Below, one piece after another: positions 26,531 to 32,000 of a DNA stretch of 32,000 nt. Where the stretch lies: contig JBHLRO010000013.1 of NCBI GenBank assembly GCA_048882505.1, positions 30,001 through 62,000 on the forward strand, written 5' to 3'. This DNA is from Candidatus Thorarchaeota archaeon (GTDB lineage Archaea > Asgardarchaeota > Heimdallarchaeia > Hodarchaeales > Hodarchaeaceae). Made by a program: the position numbers and the translations under genes. The notes below the pieces were generated by a model. That model was not told the DNA's origin and searched no databases. It worked only from the letters and a program-made list of their open reading frames with translations. Position 1 is the stretch's first letter; every line of letters starts with the position of its first letter.

Positions 26531-27085
26531 TCATAAGAACTCTTTTGCCCTCACATTGAGGATATTCGTCGTCATGGTCTGGAATGCTTCATTTACATTC
26601 TTACCTGTTTTGGCGCTTGTTGTGATATAATCAATGACATGCATACTGTCTTTTGCCTTTTTTACTTCTGCCTGTGTAATGCCCGGTTTTAGGTCTACTT
26701 TATTTCCTATTAGGAGGGACAACGAATTTGGCGCAACACGGAGAACCTGGGCCTGCCAACGTTCCTGAATATGGATCAAGGTGTCTGCACGAGTTAAATC
26801 AAAAACATAGAACGCTCCTAAGGCCCCTTTTAAGTATAAATGAGAATAAGAAACATGTCGAGCTTGACCCGCGATATCCCATAACTGGAGGCTAACGTGG
26901 CGGATAGTATCTTGGGTATCTATAAAACGAATTGTTTTGGTTAAAAAATCTACCCCCAACGACATTGAATAATCTTCTTTGAATTTATTCTCAATAAACC
27001 GCAAAATTAAGCTTGTTTTCCCTACAGCCCCATCTCCCATCAAAAGCAATTTCAGAACATGTTTTATTTCTTTCATTTTGGGCAT
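26531..27085 (-). CDS. Rab-like small GTPase (Ras superfamily)
   Basis: G1 GDGAVGKT, G2 region SLGVDF, G3 WDIAGQ, G4 NKVD, G5 SAK; RabF-like LGVDF, SLQLW, YLKGA, YVFDLT; AGGAG upstream on the minus strand; no C-terminal Cys. Confidence 0.95.
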   Translation of the reverse strand: MPKMKEIKHVLKLLLMGDGAVGKTSLILRFIENKFKEDYSMSLGVDFLTKTIRFIDTQDTIRHVSLQLWDIAGQARHVSYSHLYLKGALGAFYVFDLTRADTLIHIQERWQAQVLRVAPNSLSLLIGNKVDLKPGITQAEVKKAKDSMHVIDYITTSAKTGKNVNEAFQTMTTNILNVRAKEFL

Positions 27086-27366
27086 AAATTTGTCTCCTTA
27101 CATTGGTCAGTTTTTGGTCACGTTTTTTTTCGTAACTCAGACAGTATGGTAGTTTTATTTGAAACCCACGAAAACGTCTGCTTCGCTCTAAGAATAAATG
27201 GGCCGTAGAGAATCTATTTTTTTTTTAAAGAGTTCTTTAATATGTCAAAAATCTGCCGATTTGAGACGGTTAAAAAACCTTTACACCAAGAGACCGCGCA
27301 TGAGTAGGTTGATTCGCTCCAGAACTGTAAAGTGATGAATGTAATCCCGCGATTGTATATTGATAG

Positions 27367-27606
27367 GTGCCCTTGAATATGGAAGACGATTACCTGGGAA
27401 CAGAAATGTGGATTAAGGTCGTTCTAAAGGATTTAGGTGAAGCAACCACTCAGGAGATAATTGATCACGTTAAGATATACAACCAAGAATGTGCAGATCG
27501 AATTCCAATGGCATTGGCTCAAATGCGAACCAACGGGAAGGTATATTACAAGATTCGGGCATCGCAAGATGAAAAAAGAAAGAACATGGTGTGGAAATTG
27601 ATATAA
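27367..27606 (+). CDS. Small winged-helix protein
   Basis: VVLKDLGEATTQEIIDHV..RIPMALAQMRTNGKVYY..VWKL fits three helices plus a wing. Alternative ATG start at 27379. Confidence 0.7.
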   Translation: MPLNMEDDYLGTEMWIKVVLKDLGEATTQEIIDHVKIYNQECADRIPMALAQMRTNGKVYYKIRASQDEKRKNMVWKLI

Positions 27607-27610
27607 GAGG

Positions 27611-29329
27611 TCAAATCTTAATTTCTTGACCTTCCAAGGGAATAATAATGTCCGGGCTCATCCTATGGATTTCAACCACGTATTCTCTTGTTTCATCCCC
27701 AAGATGCGTCAATACGAGCCGCTTGGTATATTCGGTTAGTTTTTTTGCTTGGAAATAATTTAGGTGGACTCCTGCGAGTTCACGACGAAAGAAATTGCAC
27801 TCTACCACTGCCAGATCTGTGTTTCTGACAAGTTCAATGAGATTGTCTGTCCATCCTGTATCCCCTGAATAAGCTAACTTCATGAATGGGGTTTCTATTC
27901 GATAACCCTGCGCTTCTGGTGTGTGTGCCATGGCAATAGGGATTATCTGTATCCCATTGCTAGCAAAAGGCTTTTTATGAGTTATTTCAACGTAATAGCA
28001 CGGATGGGGGAGTTCGATTTTTGGTATATTTCCATAAAACAGGTGAAACAATTCACTAATTCGGTTTTTGAGTAGAGGAGGCCCAAGGATCGTGAGAGGT
28101 TTGGTGCGTGATGGGTGAAGATACATCAATTCCAAAAGGAGGAAGGGCATGCCAGCCAGATGATCTCCATGAAAATGGGTGATAAGAATCATATCGAGAT
28201 CATCGGTACTTCTCCCCGTTGCCTTCAATGCCTGAAGAGCATGGGGTCCGCAATCCAAGAGAATTCCCTTATGCTGAAATTCTAAAAAAATACCTGCACT
28301 CTTAAAGCCAGCCGCAGCAAAAGCATCTCCTGTTCCTAAAAAAACTAAATTCCCATGAGGTTTATTTTTTGAAAGTATCCGAGTTCCTACTGATCTGCTA
28401 TTATTCAAAACATAAGGAAAATCTTCTACACCAGTAACCACACAATCTACATACCCTCTCGCGAGCTGAACAATATTTTCCAATTTTCCCTGCATAGCAC
28501 CCGTCACATCGTGTCCTCCGCTGGTTTCCCCGCTTTCGAATTCCAATAAAGCGTTTTTCTCTCCATAGCATAGATAACGGTCAGGAAAAACTTCTATTCT
28601 GTTAATATATTTTGCTCCGTTTAAAAATGGATCCTTGGTATATATTCCAACCTTTTTTCCTGAGACTTGTGTAATAAAGATTGCCCTGGTCAAGTTAAGC
28701 CCTGAAATACGATCCATGAGTGCAGATGGAATAATATCCCCTGAAAACACTCGCCATCCATCGTGAGTGTAACCCATATCTCCAAAAAACATAGGTATTA
28801 CATTCGTATTGCTAATTAAATCCTCCAGTACGTCAAGATTGGGCGCGGTTACCTTTTTTGCCGCTTTTTCTGTAGTAGGATCTCCTCTCAAGATCTGATG
28901 CGAAGTAATGGAAACGGTCGGTAGTCCCGCCTGGATCCCTGTCGCGACAAGAATCTGGTTCTGAATTCCGACTGCTAGCTTGATAACGGGGGAAATTTCC
29001 TGGAGGGTTTTTACATCCTCTGCAAGCGTGGCAACAAGGGGATGACCAATAGAGCCAGCACCATGCAATAGGATTATCTTTTCATGGGGAGTCTGCCTAA
29101 GATGACCACGTATGGTCGTGAAAATTTTATTGGCTTGTTGCAGATCAAGAAGATTGAAGATAGTGGTCTGCAAATCAGACAAATTGGCAGAAGAGTCCAT
29201 AAAACTCTCGATCGAAGTCAAGTATTCATGAATCCTGTCATTATCATGCTTTCGTGTGATTACGTTTCCTCCCAGTTTAACTAGCGTAAGATCCTGCTTT
29301 TTCATTACTTTAATCCCAGCATAGCTCAC
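27611..29329 (-). CDS. Isopentenyl phosphate kinase (amino-acid-kinase fold) fused to an MBL-fold metallohydrolase
   Basis: aa ~14-319: LVKLGGNVIT, HGAGSIGH, FGD, FSGD, DVTGAMQGKL. aa ~326-572: FLGTG, LLDCG, THFHGDH, YSGDT, VVEC, HLN, LTHL. Likely ATG start at 29305. Confidence 0.88.
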   Translation of the reverse strand: MSYAGIKVMKKQDLTLVKLGGNVITRKHDNDRIHEYLTSIESFMDSSANLSDLQTTIFNLLDLQQANKIFTTIRGHLRQTPHEKIILLHGAGSIGHPLVATLAEDVKTLQEISPVIKLAVGIQNQILVATGIQAGLPTVSITSHQILRGDPTTEKAAKKVTAPNLDVLEDLISNTNVIPMFFGDMGYTHDGWRVFSGDIIPSALMDRISGLNLTRAIFITQVSGKKVGIYTKDPFLNGAKYINRIEVFPDRYLCYGEKNALLEFESGETSGGHDVTGAMQGKLENIVQLARGYVDCVVTGVEDFPYVLNNSRSVGTRILSKNKPHGNLVFLGTGDAFAAAGFKSAGIFLEFQHKGILLDCGPHALQALKATGRSTDDLDMILITHFHGDHLAGMPFLLLELMYLHPSRTKPLTILGPPLLKNRISELFHLFYGNIPKIELPHPCYYVEITHKKPFASNGIQIIPIAMAHTPEAQGYRIETPFMKLAYSGDTGWTDNLIELVRNTDLAVVECNFFRRELAGVHLNYFQAKKLTEYTKRLVLTHLGDETREYVVEIHRMSPDIIIPLEGQEIKI

Positions 29330-29353
29330 AATTTTGCCAGATTTTCGTAAAAG

Positions 29354-30403
29354 CTATGGTTTATTAATTTCGTTAAGAACTGCTGCAACCAGAAGATCTA
29401 ATGTAGCTTGAATATCGTTCATACGGACAGTTTCAAAATCAGTATGGGTATACCGGGTTGGTACAGCTACCATTACCGTGGGATGGCCTCTTTGGAAAAA
29501 ATGCATTCCATCTGTGTTGAAATTTCTGAAAACTGCTTTTTGCATAGGTACCTCGAAATTCTGGGCACTTTTTTCCAAGAGCTTAATGTTATCTATGGAA
29601 TAGTGGATTGAAAAGTCTTTATAGACGATTATTGGCCCCGCTCCTAGTTTTGTAGGTAAGAAATCTTGTTCAGATGAAGGAATATCACCTACCAGACCAA
29701 CATCAATAATAATTACCAAATCATACCTATCATGAAGTGCAGCAGCAGCGGCTCCTTTCATTCCGATTTCTTCTTGCACAGTTGAGACCAATGTTAGATT
29801 TGGAGAGGTTTTTCTTCCTAAAACCTCATCCACTAAAAGACACTGAAGAGTCAAAGCCACTCGATTATCCATACTTGGACCCACGATGTTTCGCTGCCTA
29901 TGTACCACACTGGATGCAAAAACAGCTGGTGTTCCAATATCTATCCCTAGCGCATGGACTTCTTGATCTGAATCGACGCCAAGGTCAATGAAAATCTCTG
30001 GAAAGAGCACGGGTTTTTTTTTACCCTCGATTCCCGCCAGATGGCCGCTACGCAGTCCAATGTAACCTTCGACAGTCCCTGTATCTGTAAGAAACCTTAA
30101 GGGAACTCCCGATAGGAACCGTGCATCCGGAGTGGTAGCTGCTGTGTTAAAAGCAACCTTTAAAAATCCGTTGGGAAGAATTCGCTCAACCAGGAACCCT
30201 ATCGTATCTGCATGCCCTACAATAGCGATATGTTTTCCTTCCCCTTCCAGGCGACCGAACAAATTGCCGACCTTGTCTTCCGACGTTTTTAACCCCATTC
30301 CCTTCCAATTGTTTCTGAGAAAGTGTTGAACAGCCCCTTCTCGACCTACGGGTCCAGGTATTTCTGCTAGTTGCTTCAACAATCCAAAAATATCATGATC
30401 CAT
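29354..30403 (-). CDS. M42-family metallopeptidase (TET-like aminopeptidase)
   Basis: GPVGRE, DKVGNL, GHADTIG, FIDLG, SMDNR, TVQEEIGMKGA, IDV, TDG, VPTRYTH. Confidence 0.95.
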   Translation of the reverse strand: MDHDIFGLLKQLAEIPGPVGREGAVQHFLRNNWKGMGLKTSEDKVGNLFGRLEGEGKHIAIVGHADTIGFLVERILPNGFLKVAFNTAATTPDARFLSGVPLRFLTDTGTVEGYIGLRSGHLAGIEGKKKPVLFPEIFIDLGVDSDQEVHALGIDIGTPAVFASSVVHRQRNIVGPSMDNRVALTLQCLLVDEVLGRKTSPNLTLVSTVQEEIGMKGAAAAALHDRYDLVIIIDVGLVGDIPSSEQDFLPTKLGAGPIIVYKDFSIHYSIDNIKLLEKSAQNFEVPMQKAVFRNFNTDGMHFFQRGHPTVMVAVPTRYTHTDFETVRMNDIQATLDLLVAAVLNEINKP

Positions 30404-30882
30404 TTTTATCCAGTCCGAATTAAATGATTGAACTTGTACTTAATAAGAGACCATTTAGAAAACCAATATCTAATCCGCTTAACTCGAAATTGAAAATCTG
30501 TCCTTAGCAATTTATTTCATTATTCATAAGGGAACGAAGGGTTTTAGCATCATGGTACCAAAAGAGAGATCATTAGAAACCCAGTCTAATGCTAAGGTTC
30601 CCCTGTGACTTAATAATGCGAAGTATACAAGATTCGGCCTGATAATATCAATCCTTAATGGTTTGTGTTTATCCTGTTCCTCATTCTTCAAATCTGAGAT
30701 CCTATAACTCCTCTAAGAGGCTCGTTAAAGCTCTTGCTCTTCCTGAAAACTTACACTGTCTAATCAAGATTTTTTTAGATCTTGAAGGAATATCTTATTA
30801 ATAATTCCCCGTGGCTAGTAGCCTGCATATACCAAATTCAGATAGACTTGATATACCGTCAGAAAGCTGTGATGAGGTACTG

Positions 30883-32000
30883 ATGAATAAACGAGAACTA
30901 GTGATGGTTATTTTACCAACAAGTTACCTTTGGCTACTTACTAGTCTTTTCCTCCTTTTATATGCCTTTGATATTCTGGAAATCGTCTTTGAAACACAAA
31001 CCCAGCTTGAAATTCTGAATCCTGGCATAGTAATCCTTTTCACAACTGCTTGTTTAGCTACCGCAGCTCTTTTTCTTTCTGGATATATTATTGACAAAGC
31101 GCCTCAGCTTACTAAGACTACTATTCTCGTTTCGTTGTTTATGAGCTCTATATCGCTGTCAGGAATTGCATTGGGGATCTCCTTTCCGTTTTTGCTAATT
31201 ATTGCACTTCCATTACTCGGAATCTTTCTTGGAACCTTGGCATCTGCTTCAGGGGCCGCATTTGCAGCTTATTCCGATGTAAGTTTACGAGGACGAATAT
31301 ATGCGCTCTCTATATTCTTGAGTGCAGTCATCGCGCTTTTTATACTACTATCTAGTTCCATTATGTCACTACTCCCAAGCTATCCACTCGTGATAATTTC
31401 CGCTATTGGATTTCTCTGTTTCATTTTTGTGTCTTTGAGCTCTAAAACAATCTTTCCGTGGAAAAATGACCCTTTTCCCACTTCAATTCTAAAAATTATC
31501 AATCGTAGATCTGTTCAAGCTTATCTTACTGCTCAATTCTTTATATATCTCATGCTTGGAATCGTATTTGTCACAATACCTCAGATTGGAAGCTATCGTC
31601 ACCCGATGGTATCTATAGGTGGGTTTTCGCTCGATCAGCGGATAGTATTCTGGGGTTTAGTTTTCTTGGGTGATTTGATTGCTGTCATCCCTGCTGGAAT
31701 AATAGCTGATCGGGTTGGACGTAAGAACCTGATAGTGGTTGGGGCATACCTCATCGTTGTCTCAACCTTGAATCTTGGGCTTAGCGAGGATATGTGGATG
31801 TTTTTGTTTTCTGCTTACATACTGGGTATTAGTTTTGGTCTAATCCATCCTGCTGCGAGTGTTTGGTGTGATTTAAGTCCACTGGATTCGATTGGACGTT
31901 ATATGGCGTTAAATTATGTCAGTTTATTACAGGGAGTCGGCGTCGGACTATTTTTTGGCTTATTTGTCGTATCAGGAAATAATGCCAGTACCATTAGCTA
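30883..32000 (+). CDS. MFS transporter, truncated at the window end
   Basis: Not in the ORF track (no stop inside the window). ATG at 30883 preceded by GAGGT; MNKRELVMVILP...; many hydrophobic segments; MFS motif A GIIADRVGRK; RGRIYA and IGRYMA motifs. Confidence 0.9.
   Translation, partial: MNKRELVMVILPTSYLWLLTSLFLLLYAFDILEIVFETQTQLEILNPGIVILFTTACLATAALFLSGYIIDKAPQLTKTTILVSLFMSSISLSGIALGISFPFLLIIALPLLGIFLGTLASASGAAFAAYSDVSLRGRIYALSIFLSAVIALFILLSSSIMSLLPSYPLVIISAIGFLCFIFVSLSSKTIFPWKNDPFPTSILKIINRRSVQAYLTAQFFIYLMLGIVFVTIPQIGSYRHPMVSIGGFSLDQRIVFWGLVFLGDLIAVIPAGIIADRVGRKNLIVVGAYLIVVSTLNLGLSEDMWMFLFSAYILGISFGLIHPAASVWCDLSPLDSIGRYMALNYVSLLQGVGVGLFFGLFVVSGNNASTIS

Noticed and set aside
27290-27366. 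GTGATGA resembling a C-box of a C/D sRNA
   Set aside because: No CTGA D-box at a suitable distance downstream.
30527-30694. About 55-aa minus-strand ORF (MKNEEQDKHKPLRIDII...) in the gap before the MFS gene
   Set aside because: TTG start, short, no motif; coordinates approximate; cannot be supported.
1-32000. CRISPR arrays, tRNA/rRNA, IS elements, integrases
   Set aside because: No regularly spaced repeats, cloverleaf-type sequences, transposase or recombinase motifs were seen on reading; a tRNAscan/Infernal run would be needed to exclude small RNAs.

Overview
A gene-dense (about 40% GC) archaeal chromosomal window, most likely from an Asgard archaeon. The taxonomy is an inference from the co-occurrence of archaeal-type CoA genes (pantoate kinase, phosphopantothenate synthetase) and isopentenyl phosphate kinase with a Rab-like small GTPase, a longin+roadblock protein and a UFL1-like winged-helix repeat protein. 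It contains: DNA repair/modification genes (dinB, sfsA, nfo, a short XPF/ERCC4 nuclease, an orphan beta-class amino-methyltransferase); two tandem double-Lrp regulators; two stand-alone receiver domains; an EamA transporter; a surface M6 metalloprotease; an NDP-sugar epimerase; an FAH-family protein; a five-gene CoA operon (coaBC-panE-PoK-PPS-panB); an M42 peptidase; and a truncated MFS transporter. I saw no rRNA, tRNA, CRISPR array or mobile element. The three strongest leads: (1) a tightly packed minus-strand cluster at 21546-27085 encoding Rab-like GTPase, longin-roadblock fusion, GNAT, tandem winged helix, HEAT + about 9 UFL1-like winged-helix repeats, and XPF; (2) an orphan DNA methyltransferase ending in a PCNA-interacting (PIP)-like motif that matches the one on DinB in the same window; (3) an isopentenyl phosphate kinase fused to a metallo-beta-lactamase-fold hydrolase. 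All family calls come from motif recognition by eye, and comparisons to eukaryotic proteins are from memory; no database search was run.
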